Virus record (IMG/VR): IMGVR_UViG_3300025012_000074
Span: 7,106-71,105 of that record
Origin: a virus
Direction: 5' to 3' (one strand)
Length of the DNA: 64,000 nt
Shown here: positions 9,482 through 16,861 of the stretch, piece by piece
Position numbering within the stretch: position 1 is the first letter of the stretch
Layout of the letters: each line of letters begins with the position of its first letter
Program-made: the position numbers and the translations under genes
Notes under the pieces: generated by a model
What the model saw: the letters and a program-made list of their open reading frames with translations, nothing else
What the model was told of the DNA's origin: nothing
Database searches by the model: none

Positions 9482-9511
9482 ATCATATCGTATAGTGGGT
9501 TACCGTGTCAA
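9482..9511 (-). promoter_or_regulatory. Leftward sigma70-like promoter for replication genes
   Basis: Minus strand TTGACA-N18-TATGAT. Confidence 0.6.
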
Positions 9512-9543
9512 TCGTGGTGTGAAATAACTACCGGATGACGGGA

Positions 9544-9567
9544 TAAAAAAACCGCCCGGATGGGCGG
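9544..9567 (-). terminator. Rho-independent terminator
   Basis: Minus strand CCGCCC-ATCC-GGGCGG followed by T7. Confidence 0.8.
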
Positions 9568-9571
9568 CCGT

Positions 9572-9838
9572 TCAACGCTTGACGTATCGCTGATGTTCTT
9601 TCGTTTTCTTACGGATCGCGTCACGCGCCCGCCGTTCGGACTCCGCCCGCGCGCGGGTGTATCCGGCGTTCCAGGCGGTGAACGGCGTCGGCCCGATCCA
9701 TTTGTTTCTCGGATGCGGGTTATCCGTGATCGGCTGGCCGCGCTTGAACGCCAGTTCTCCGGCTATCGCCGCTTGCCAAGCGGAGAGCCTGGCTTGGTCG
9801 AAGGCGGGGTCTGAAAGTAGGGGGTCGTCAAGGATCAT
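9572..9838 (-). CDS. Rmf/CrpP-fold-like small protein
   Basis: AGELAFKRG...NPH...AWNAGY pattern. Confidence 0.55.
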   Translation of the reverse strand: MILDDPLLSDPAFDQARLSAWQAAIAGELAFKRGQPITDNPHPRNKWIGPTPFTAWNAGYTRARAESERRARDAIRKKTKEHQRYVKR

Positions 9839-10191
9839 TCCTTCCCCATCCTCTCCACCGCTTCGACCTCGAGCAAGCGCGGGTCGCCCGGCTCAAACGC
9901 GGCGTTTGATACTATCCTCGGTTCGGTCGATGTCGAATCCTTCGGCATGCCCGACAACTCGCGCAGCTGCAACACCTTCCCGAGCGCGATCCGGGCGGCG
10001 ACGCACGCCTCGCGCCAGCGGTCCGGCGGATCGTAGGACGACCGGCCGTATCCTTCGTTCGACAGTTCGCGCAGCGTCTCAAGCGCCTGGCGATAGAGCG
10101 GATCGTTGCCGATCAAGTCGGTGGCGACCAAGTGCGCGTCGCGGCGAAGCGTGTAGTAGCGGGCGATCAAATTAGATTTGATGTCGTTCAT
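9835..10191 (-). CDS. Hypothetical protein
   Basis: 118 aa, overlaps both neighbours in operon. Confidence 0.6.
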   Translation of the reverse strand: MNDIKSNLIARYYTLRRDAHLVATDLIGNDPLYRQALETLRELSNEGYGRSSYDPPDRWREACVAARIALGKVLQLRELSGMPKDSTSTEPRIVSNAAFEPGDPRLLEVEAVERMGKE

Positions 10192-11140
10192 TTCGCATTT
10201 CCATTTCCGTTCGAAGGATCGCGCGTCCGATGACTTCGACGACAGCCGGGACCACCGAGTTACCGGCCGCTTTCAAAGCGCAACGATTCCACGCGCGATA
10301 CTCGATCATTTGGTTTTTCTTCCACCATTCCGCGACAGCATCCGGGCTGCGATGAACTCGATCAGCGAGTCGTCGGATGAAAGATCCATCCAATCCGCCG
10401 GGTAGTTCATGAGCGTTGCGACCCATCTGGAATTCAGCGTCCCGCGATTCGATGAGTCGCGGCGGTTCCCATTCGTGTTGGGGCTGTCCGGGGCGGGCGG
10501 GCCATCTCGCAGCATCGCTCCCGGCACCGTGTCCCGCCCTCGCTGCGAGGGCGGGAGCGTGTCGTTCTTCGCGTCCTGCGCTGCCGGGGTCGGCCATGAT
10601 TCGAAGATTTTCCCGGCCGGATTCCCGCCGCCCGCGTTCGGCCGGTGCGTCTTCGACCCCGGTTTCTTCGCCGACTCGTTCCTGCCGCCCGAATTGTTCG
10701 CGTCCATCGCGGTTGCGGTCGGCCAATCTTTCGAAATTCGAAGCAGCGAAGGCGTCTTCCGTTTTCCGCCTACGCCCTTCGCTCGCCCGTCCGAAGCCAT
10801 CGGAGTCGGAAACATCAAATCTTCGTTCGGTGTAGTTGTATTCGAATCGTCGGCCGTCGTCGTCGAATCCGAGTCGTGCGACGAACCAAGCGCGCTTTCG
10901 TTTGTGCGGAGCGCCGATGTCATCCGCACCGATAACCATGGGCGGCGCGACGGTGTAGCCGAGGCTTTCCAAGTCGCCGATAACCCGGTCAGCGCCTCGA
11001 GTTCGGATAGCACTGACGTTTTCAACGAGGACGTAAAGCGGTCGGCAGCCGCCGACAATTCGATACATGTGTCGCCAAAGAGAAGACCTTGAACCTCGTT
11101 CAATTCCTAACCCCTTCCCGGCGACTGATATATCCTGGCA
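10172..11140 (-). CDS. C5-cytosine DNA methyltransferase, segment with motifs IV-VIII and X (no own start before the catalytic Cys)
   Basis: Frame reads (P)CQDISVAGKG...LYVLVENV...GAPHKRKRAW...LKAAGNSVVP; open upstream of Met 11068 to the catalytic Cys. Confidence 0.85.
   Translation of the reverse strand, partial: CQDISVAGKGLGIERGSRSSLWRHMYRIVGGCRPLYVLVENVSAIRTRGADRVIGDLESLGYTVAPPMVIGADDIGAPHKRKRAWFVARLGFDDDGRRFEYNYTERRFDVSDSDGFGRASEGRRRKTEDAFAASNFERLADRNRDGREQFGRQERVGEETGVEDAPAERGRRESGRENLRIMADPGSAGREERHAPALAARAGHGAGSDAARWPARPGQPQHEWEPPRLIESRDAEFQMGRNAHELPGGLDGSFIRRLADRVHRSPDAVAEWWKKNQMIEYRAWNRCALKAAGNSVVPAVVEVIGRAILRTEMEMRNERHQI
10306..11103 (-). CDS. Overlapping-frame methyltransferase beta-type subunit (variable region + motif IX)
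   Basis: FPTP/WPTA/WPTP repeats and LNSRWVATLMNYPADW (motif IX-like); TTG start overlaps the stop of the N-terminal fragment. Confidence 0.75.
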   Translation of the reverse strand: MNEVQGLLFGDTCIELSAAADRFTSSLKTSVLSELEALTGLSATWKASATPSRRPWLSVRMTSALRTNESALGSSHDSDSTTTADDSNTTTPNEDLMFPTPMASDGRAKGVGGKRKTPSLLRISKDWPTATAMDANNSGGRNESAKKPGSKTHRPNAGGGNPAGKIFESWPTPAAQDAKNDTLPPSQRGRDTVPGAMLRDGPPAPDSPNTNGNRRDSSNRGTLNSRWVATLMNYPADWMDLSSDDSLIEFIAARMLSRNGGRKTK

Positions 11141-11375
11141 CGGTTGAACTCGGGAACCCGCCGACGATCATGTCAGCGAGTCCCCGATAAACCTCCCCGT
11201 CCAGAGTCGTCACGTCTTCGTGTATAATAGCGGCTGGCCAATGCTTGCTGAGAATCAATCGGCAGAACGGATCAATCTCGCAGAACGCCAGCGTTTCAAA
11301 TCCTTGAGTCCGCTCGAGCCCTGCGGAAATCCCGCCGACCCCGCTGAACAAATCCAATATTTTTAATTTTTCCAC
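11100..11375 (-). CDS. C5-cytosine methyltransferase N-terminal fragment (motifs I-III, first half of IV)
   Basis: LDLFSGVGG, CEIDP, HEDV, DMIVGGFP, then leaves the catalytic frame. Confidence 0.88.
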   Translation of the reverse strand: MEKLKILDLFSGVGGISAGLERTQGFETLAFCEIDPFCRLILSKHWPAAIIHEDVTTLDGEVYRGLADMIVGGFPSSTVPGYISRREGVRN

Positions 11376-11403
11376 GTCGTCCTCCCCTTCCCTTCGTCGT
11401 CCA

Positions 11404-11473
11404 ATAATACCATACTGCGATAGCGAAAATCAACCAATAATCTGTTGACATACCACGATATTTCGATTATGCT
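11404..11473. promoter_or_regulatory. Divergent promoter pair at the strand switch
   Basis: Plus strand TTGACA(11445)-N17-TATGCT; minus strand TTGATT(11433)-N18-TATTAT. Confidence 0.7.
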
Positions 11474-11586
11474 AGAAACATGCAGGAAATAATCCAGTGG
11501 GCGGCCGGCGTGATCGCAGCCGGGTTGATCGTCCTGACGCTGGCCGGCGCGGCCGCCAACGGCGACGAGGAAACGGCGGACTTCGA

Positions 11587-11796
11587 ATGATGGAGATCAT
11601 CGTAATTACGTTTTCTGGTGCGCTTGCATTGTCGGTGTGTCTTGCGTTCGACGCCGGGAAGGCGTCCGGACGGGTCGAAGGCCGGATGATCGGGATCGCG
11701 GAGGAGCGGGCGGAAACGATGGATTCGAAATACAACGCATTCTGTCTTAATGTCGCATCCGCCCGCGTTCACGCGCTGAACGGTGAAATCTGGTAA
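11587..11796 (+). CDS. Small membrane protein
   Basis: MMEIIVITFSGALALSVCLAF hydrophobic N-terminus; coupled to a 36-aa hydrophobic ORF at 11480-11590. Confidence 0.5.
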   Translation: MMEIIVITFSGALALSVCLAFDAGKASGRVEGRMIGIAEERAETMDSKYNAFCLNVASARVHALNGEIW

Positions 11797-11944
11797 TGAA
11801 GATCCTCTACCCGGCCGATCAATCGCCGCGCGCGAACTTCTGGCGTGAACAGAGGCGGAAGAAAATCATCCGCGCGATTTGGGAACATCGGACGGAAATC
11901 GAATCGAATCGGCATTATTTCCAACCCGGGAGGAAGGTGAAACC

Positions 11945-12085
11945 ATGACAGTCAAACCGCAGGACAAGGCGTTCAACCGCGGGGCGGAGCACGCGCGGGA
12001 GGGCAAAAACGCCAACCCCTACTCCGCGAAGGCCCCGGCGTTCCGGAACGCCTACGACAAGGGACACGCGAGCGTCAAGAAGTAG
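11945..12085 (+). CDS. Rmf/CrpP-fold-like small protein (paralog 1)
   Basis: MTVKPQDKAFNRG...NPY...NAYDKG; purine-rich RBS. Confidence 0.7.
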   Translation: MTVKPQDKAFNRGAEHAREGKNANPYSAKAPAFRNAYDKGHASVKK

Positions 12086-12115
12086 CCGTAAAATAAATCG
12101 GAGGAGCAACCGAGA

Positions 12116-12289
12116 ATGAGCAAGCCGCAAGACAAAGCGTTCGAACTGGGAACGAAACACGGGAAAGCGCGTCACGGATGGGCGAATCCATACGACGAGA
12201 AACGCAGCCGCGCGTTTTTCAACGCCTACGAGCGCGGATACCAGACGGCCAACACGAAGGTCGGGAAGGCGAAGGCCGCTTCCAACTGA
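12116..12289 (+). CDS. Rmf/CrpP-fold-like small protein (paralog 2, 57 aa, absent from ORF track)
   Basis: Manual translation MSKPQDKAFELG...NPY...NAYERGY; RBS GGAGG. Confidence 0.75.
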   Translation: MSKPQDKAFELGTKHGKARHGWANPYDEKRSRAFFNAYERGYQTANTKVGKAKAASN

Positions 12290-12495
12290 CCGGCTTGCGG
12301 CGCTCTGCTCGAAAAGGCCGGTCGCCGCATTATCATTGTCCACAACACCGCGCAGATACAGGCCGAGTAAACGTCAAGGGAGGTGAAGAAAATAACAACA
12401 GATCCGAGGCCGAATAATTCAAACCCTTTGACGTTCGAAACAAGGGACGTTTACTTAACAACATCGATCACGCCAAGCGATCGTCGGCGCACACC

Positions 12496-12650
12496 GGAGG
12501 TTGCTTAACCCTTGCGGGCGACGCGAGATCGCAAAACAGTGAATCGCGGCCGGTTTCCGGAAACGGCAACCGCCCGCTTTGAATCCCCTGACCCGAACGA
12601 ATGAGGGTGTGCCTCCTGACAGCCGGAAAGACGGCAAAACGGGCAGGGGA
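12496..12650 (+). ncRNA. Putative structured RNA (multi-stem, possible pseudoknot)
   Basis: Complementary pairs GGAGG/CCTCC, ACCCT/AGGGT, GCGGGCG/CGCCCGC, CGCGA/TCGCG, GCCG-GAAAGA-CGGC and TCCCCTGACCCG/CGGGCAGGGGA in ORF-poor DNA. Confidence 0.45.
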
Positions 12651-12669
12651 ACGATATTGAATTTTTACA

Positions 12670-12727
12670 GGAGTGGACGGGAATGGATAGGATCGGGAGG
12701 GACGGGATAGGACTGGATTGGAACGGT
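12670..12727 (+). repeat. GG(A/G)NN pentamer array 1 (11 in-phase units)
   Basis: GGAGT GGACG GGAAT GGATA GGATC GGGAG GGACG GGATA GGACT GGATT GGAAC GGT. Confidence 0.92.
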
Positions 12728-12789
12728 GCGCCTGTAGCCTAATCGGTAGGCCGACCCGGGTTATGTTGGTTCGAGTCCAGCCAGGCGCA
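12728..12789 (+). ncRNA. tRNA-like element lacking a proper anticodon arm
   Basis: Acceptor GCGCCTG/CAGGCGC+A; D arm GCCT-AATCGGT-AGGC; T arm GTTGG-TTCGAGT-CCAGC; only 13 nt between D and T arms; no encoded CCA. Confidence 0.8.
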
Positions 12790-12875
12790 AACGCCGGACG
12801 AAACGAAAGGCAGTTGACTCTCTCAAGGGAAAGGCCGCGTAGCCGGCCGATCGCATCCGGCGAAATATTTTAGGA

Positions 12876-13193
12876 GTGGTGAAATTGGAAGACCACAAGA
12901 CCCTACACATGATCGTCGAACCTGACAAACTCGCGACCGCGACGAGCGAGATCCAGCCGAAGCCGAAGCGCAAGAAAGATCCGGGCAACCTGTGTGTCAT
13001 CCACCGATCGAACGGCAAGCCGATCCGCCGAGTCGGGCACAAGCCGGGCCGGAACGAAAAATGCCCGTGCGGGTCGGGAAAGAAGTTCGGCGCTTGCCAC
13101 TGGAATGGCGGCCGGTGGGAGCGCGTCGCCCCCGGCGAGAAGCCGTTCCAGAAGCCGCCGGTCGACCCGACGCGGCTAAACAACGGGGAGTAG
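12876..13193 (+). CDS. SEC-C motif Zn-binding protein
   Basis: GRNEKCPCGSGKKFGACH. Confidence 0.85.
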   Translation: MVKLEDHKTLHMIVEPDKLATATSEIQPKPKRKKDPGNLCVIHRSNGKPIRRVGHKPGRNEKCPCGSGKKFGACHWNGGRWERVAPGEKPFQKPPVDPTRLNNGE

Positions 13194-13198
13194 ACGGC

Positions 13199-13474
13199 AT
13201 GAAATCCAGAGGCCGCACAACCGGCGTGTCCGCGAACTCGAACCCGGTCGGACGCCCGCCGCGCGAGCGCGGAATGTCCGACGCCCCGTCTCAAAGCGCA
13301 CTGGCTACCCGGTTTCGGAAACTACTTTCCGATCAACGCAAGCGGTTGACCGACATGCTGACCGTCATCGTGCCGGGCAACACCTGCCCGCCGGACCGCG
13401 AAGCCGAGGCCGTGAAACTGATCGAACTGACGCGGGCGGCGATCGACAAAATAGAGAGGGAGATGGACGTGTAA
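13199..13474 (+). CDS. Hypothetical protein (AT-hook-like GRP motif)
   Basis: Start moved to ATG 13199; VGRPPRER then helical C-terminus. Confidence 0.55.
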   Translation: MKSRGRTTGVSANSNPVGRPPRERGMSDAPSQSALATRFRKLLSDQRKRLTDMLTVIVPGNTCPPDREAEAVKLIELTRAAIDKIEREMDV

Positions 13475-13650
13475 TGAACGAAACACCGACGGAGAATAAA
13501 CCCATGACGTGCGAGTGTGGCGGTAACTATCAAGAGGTTGAAAAGGAATTCAACGGGATCAAGTGCCCGGTCATGGCATGCCCGAAATGCGGCGATGTCG
13601 TTTTCACGATCGAGCAGTCGAAGCATTACCACCGGAGGACCGGACGATGA
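13474..13650 (+). CDS. YgiT/MqsA-type zinc finger protein (58 aa, absent from ORF track)
   Basis: MTCECGGNY...CPVMACPKCGDVVFT; TAATG and ATGA coupling on both sides. Confidence 0.7.
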   Translation: MNETPTENKPMTCECGGNYQEVEKEFNGIKCPVMACPKCGDVVFTIEQSKHYHRRTGR

Positions 13651-14207
13651 AATGCATCGGTGGAACAATCGTAGACGGCCCCACTCTCGAAATGAACGAA
13701 CGCGGTTGGCCGGCGTCGATCGCGGTCGACGGCTACCTGTTCGAATTCGTCGAAGTCGTCGACATCCTGCGGCAGGAAATCAAGCGGCAGAATTCGGTCA
13801 AGCAAGATCCGCCGTGGAACGCGATCGTCAACGGAACGCCGGCAACCTTGACGCTCGATGCTCGCGTTGCTGCGGTAGAAAACAACGTTGATACTCTACG
13901 TGCACGCGCTTCCGACGCGGAGGTAACATCAAGGAACATCCGGACGGATGTCGCGGCCGTCACGAAGAAAACAGACGGCATGTATCATTCGCTCGCCCAA
14001 CAGGGCGACGTCATCGAATCACTGGCGCGCAAGGTCGCAGGGATCGAAACAACGATCTTGAAAAATCACTTCGCGAAGGTGAACCTGACGGCCGGGACTT
14101 GGACGGACGACAAACCGACGCCCGAGGAACGGCTCAATTCCGCCGAGTCCCGTATCCGCGTCCTGCAAGATCAGGTAATCGACCTGATGAACGGGCGGAA
14201 GCCGTGA
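13647..14207 (+). CDS. Coiled-coil hypothetical protein
   Basis: Heptad-like LDARVAAVE, LARKVAGIE, AESRIRVLQ. Confidence 0.65.
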   Translation: MKCIGGTIVDGPTLEMNERGWPASIAVDGYLFEFVEVVDILRQEIKRQNSVKQDPPWNAIVNGTPATLTLDARVAAVENNVDTLRARASDAEVTSRNIRTDVAAVTKKTDGMYHSLAQQGDVIESLARKVAGIETTILKNHFAKVNLTAGTWTDDKPTPEERLNSAESRIRVLQDQVIDLMNGRKP

Positions 14208-14461
14208 CCACCTCAACCACCCCCACCACCGAACTGATATTCGAAGCCATGGAATCCCGCGCGTGGGACCGCGATGAACTGGCGCGGCGGATGCGCGTCC
14301 CGCGTTCCGTCCTCGATTCGATTCTATCTGGTCACCGGCCGATCAACGCGCCGGTCGCGCGGCTGCTCGTCGCCGCGTTCGGCGAGCGCACGCCCGAATT
14401 CTGGACAAACCATTACGACAACTACCAGGCCGATTTGAAGGCCGGAAAGCGGGCGAGTTGA
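14204..14461 (+). CDS. HigA-like XRE helix-turn-helix protein
   Basis: ELARRMRVPRSVLDSILSGHRPI...LVAAFG...PEFWTN. Confidence 0.8.
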   Translation: MTTSTTPTTELIFEAMESRAWDRDELARRMRVPRSVLDSILSGHRPINAPVARLLVAAFGERTPEFWTNHYDNYQADLKAGKRAS

Positions 14462-14814
14462 TGAAGATCGGATTCTCGGATGAGGATTATCAGGTAGGCG
14501 ACAAATGCCTGGTTTCCAACGGGATGGGCGGAGGGCAGTTGGCGACCGTTGCAAAACTGACGAAAACACAAGTAGTCCTGTCGAACGGCCAGCGGTTCAA
14601 CGATCGTGGATTCCTGATCGGCGGCGGGACGTGGAGCCGCGTGACGATCACAAAAGATCCGAAAGCGTTCAAAGACTATCGGAATCGCAAGGATATGTTA
14701 AAACTGGAACGCTACATGGAAAAGATCCGGAAGATGCCGCCCGAACTCGTCGAACAAATTCTTAAGTTCGTTGACGAACACCCGCTTTATCAACCACTCA
14801 AGGACGTGAACTGA
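14458..14814 (+). CDS. Hypothetical phage protein (SH3-like barrel)
   Basis: QVGDKCLV...VAKLTKTQVVL. Confidence 0.65.
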   Translation: MMKIGFSDEDYQVGDKCLVSNGMGGGQLATVAKLTKTQVVLSNGQRFNDRGFLIGGGTWSRVTITKDPKAFKDYRNRKDMLKLERYMEKIRKMPPELVEQILKFVDEHPLYQPLKDVN

Positions 14815-15284
14815 TGCCGCTCTTCCGCCACAAACCGACGATCATCGAAGCGCGGCCGTGGAACCGGCACGGGGATCATGCGGGGGTTGAAGAGTTGCGT
14901 CCGTTCGGTGACGACGGATTGCCAAAATACGATTGCCAAGCGGGATGCCCGCACCCCGGCCGCGACCACGGATACATTAAACGACGCGACGGCGGCGCGC
15001 TCAACGGCCTCAAAGTTTGCCCCGGCGACTTCATCGTCGTCGGCCCGTTCGGCGAACTAATCCCGATGAAGCCGGCCGAGATCCTGGCATCGCATGACAT
15101 CATCTACCCGTCGTATTCCTGCCCGTGCGGCGAGGACTACTACCCGATCGTCGTCGACTCGCAATCCGAAAGTTTGATATACTCAGGGAAGGCGCGCGTT
15201 TGCACAAACCCGCCGGCCGTCGTCTGTTCGACCTGCGGCGCTCCGATGCCCGCCGACTGGTTCGTCTCGAAAGGGAAATCATGA
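14814..15284 (+). CDS. Conserved phage protein (PGDYG-like) with C-terminal Cys motifs
   Basis: FRHKPTIIEARPW...VCPGDFIVVGPFGELIPMK; CPCG and CSTC. Confidence 0.65.
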   Translation: MPLFRHKPTIIEARPWNRHGDHAGVEELRPFGDDGLPKYDCQAGCPHPGRDHGYIKRRDGGALNGLKVCPGDFIVVGPFGELIPMKPAEILASHDIIYPSYSCPCGEDYYPIVVDSQSESLIYSGKARVCTNPPAVVCSTCGAPMPADWFVSKGKS

Positions 15285-15982
15285 CATCCGGTTATCTCAA
15301 ATCGTTGATCTACACGATCGTCAGCGGCTCGTCGGCCTACGATCGCAACGCGCAAGCGATGCTTGCCGACGAATTGGAAGCGGCGGCGGTGAAGATCCGG
15401 GGCCGGCTGGCCGCGGCCGCGCCGAAGCCGGTCGCCCCGTTGCAGGATGTGAAGGCGCAGCCGGTCGCCGCCGGGCACGTCGAATCGATCGACAAGAACG
15501 GCGTGGCAACGATCGTGAAAAACGACGGAACGAAAACGACGACGCAATATACCGGGATGGGGAACATCGAACGGCCGATCACCGACCCGAAGCCGCCCGC
15601 CGTCCCGCAGCCGTTCCGCGAACTGTCCGGCATCTACACCACCGGCTACTACCCGCCGCCGGCCGGCGGCTACAAGTCGAAGGCCGAAGCGAAGATGGAA
15701 GGCGGCCCAAAAGATCGATACGGCAAGCCGCTGCGGACGCTCCAACAGTTCGACGGATCGTCAACCGCTTACGTCTCGATCGCGACCGACCCGACATACA
15801 TCCCGTCGAAATCGTTCGTCACCATCGACGGCTTTCCCGGCGTCATCTTCTACGCCTGCGATGTCGGCTCGGCGATCAAGGGATTGCACATTGACATTTG
15901 CGTGAAAGACGCGAAGGCCGCGAACGCGGTTACCAAGCGCGGGCGGGTCGTCCGGGTCTACGAACAGCGGCCGATCATTTAA
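15281..15982 (+). CDS. 3D-domain (MltA-like) cell-wall lytic protein
   Basis: TGY...IATDPTYIP...ACDVGSAIKGLHIDI carries the three-Asp signature. Confidence 0.82.
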   Translation: MTSGYLKSLIYTIVSGSSAYDRNAQAMLADELEAAAVKIRGRLAAAAPKPVAPLQDVKAQPVAAGHVESIDKNGVATIVKNDGTKTTTQYTGMGNIERPITDPKPPAVPQPFRELSGIYTTGYYPPPAGGYKSKAEAKMEGGPKDRYGKPLRTLQQFDGSSTAYVSIATDPTYIPSKSFVTIDGFPGVIFYACDVGSAIKGLHIDICVKDAKAANAVTKRGRVVRVYEQRPII

Positions 15983-15991
15983 GGAGATCGA

Positions 15992-16696
15992 ATGTCCAAC
16001 ATCGAAAACATCGTCAAGGGTTCGTTCCGGTTACTCAACGTCGTCCCGCCGACCGTCGGCGCGTTCGATCCGGTCGCGATCTTCAACCGCCTGGCGGACG
16101 AGCGGCACGCCTTCGATCCGGTGAAGGCCAAGTCCGGATTCGAGCGGGCGAAACTCTCCGACGGGTTCGTGTCCGTCAACTACCGGTTCGTCAGCGCCGA
16201 TGCGATGGTCATCCTTCGCAACGGAAAGTTCGAACGATTCGAATACTCGACGGTAGAAACCTGTTCGATGGCGTTCAACCGGACGTTCGCCGTCATCCAG
16301 GGGAACGCGGACGCGATCAAGATGGGACGGTTCGAACTGGCAAAAGCGGCCGGCGTCGGATTCGCGGAGATCCACCTCGCGCCCGTCCGGGTCTACAAAC
16401 TCAGCGAATCGATGTCGATGATCCGCGCGATCGCGCTGAAAAAGATGAAACGCGGGAACGTGAGCGGCGCGACGTTCAGCGGGAAGTTCGAAAGCATGAG
16501 CGAGATCGAACCGTTCGCGTCGTCGGAAAACACGAAGTCGATCAAGGGCACGGTCGAGACGTGCGACGGGCTGCGAACGATCGCGATCAATTCGGACGCG
16601 AAGGTTTCCATCGGCCTGACGCGGGAGGAAAAGGCGGACGGGATCGACGCGCGGGTGTTGCAGTGGATATTTAATTTCGTGACTAACGGGCGGTAG
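15992..16696 (+). CDS. Hypothetical 234-aa protein directly upstream of pentamer array 2
   Basis: RBS AAGGAG; phage-like codon usage; no recognised motif. Confidence 0.8.
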   Translation: MSNIENIVKGSFRLLNVVPPTVGAFDPVAIFNRLADERHAFDPVKAKSGFERAKLSDGFVSVNYRFVSADAMVILRNGKFERFEYSTVETCSMAFNRTFAVIQGNADAIKMGRFELAKAAGVGFAEIHLAPVRVYKLSESMSMIRAIALKKMKRGNVSGATFSGKFESMSEIEPFASSENTKSIKGTVETCDGLRTIAINSDAKVSIGLTREEKADGIDARVLQWIFNFVTNGR

Positions 16697-16697
16697 C

Positions 16698-16860
16698 GGA
16701 GCGGGTGTAAAGGATGGGAGGGGATCGGATTGGATCGGATCGGATGGGAAGGGATCGGATCGTAAAGCATCGGTTGAAAAGGATTGGATAGGAACGGAAC
16801 GGGCAGGAGAGGAATGGAGAGGACCGGATTGGAATGGATCGGCCGCAACGGATCGGAATG
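16698..16860 (+). repeat. GG(A/G)NN pentamer array 2 (blocks of 10 and 12-13 units with phase breaks)
   Basis: 16712-16761 ten units; linker GTAAAGCATCGGTTGAAAA; 16781-16845 thirteen units; CAAC; two more units. Confidence 0.92.
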
Positions 16861-16861
16861 A

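Noticed and set aside
12616-12640. Hammerhead-like CTGACA-stem-AAAA
   Set aside because: Lacks the required CUGANGA and GAAA core
12728-12789. Functional decoding tRNA or attachment site
   Set aside because: No 7-nt anticodon loop, no second copy seen and no integrase in the window
16698-16860. Pentamer arrays as CRISPR arrays or coding repeats
   Set aside because: No 25-40 nt repeats with spacers and no cas operon; overlapping ORFs (16393-17100, 59706-59930) are low-complexity translations of the repeat
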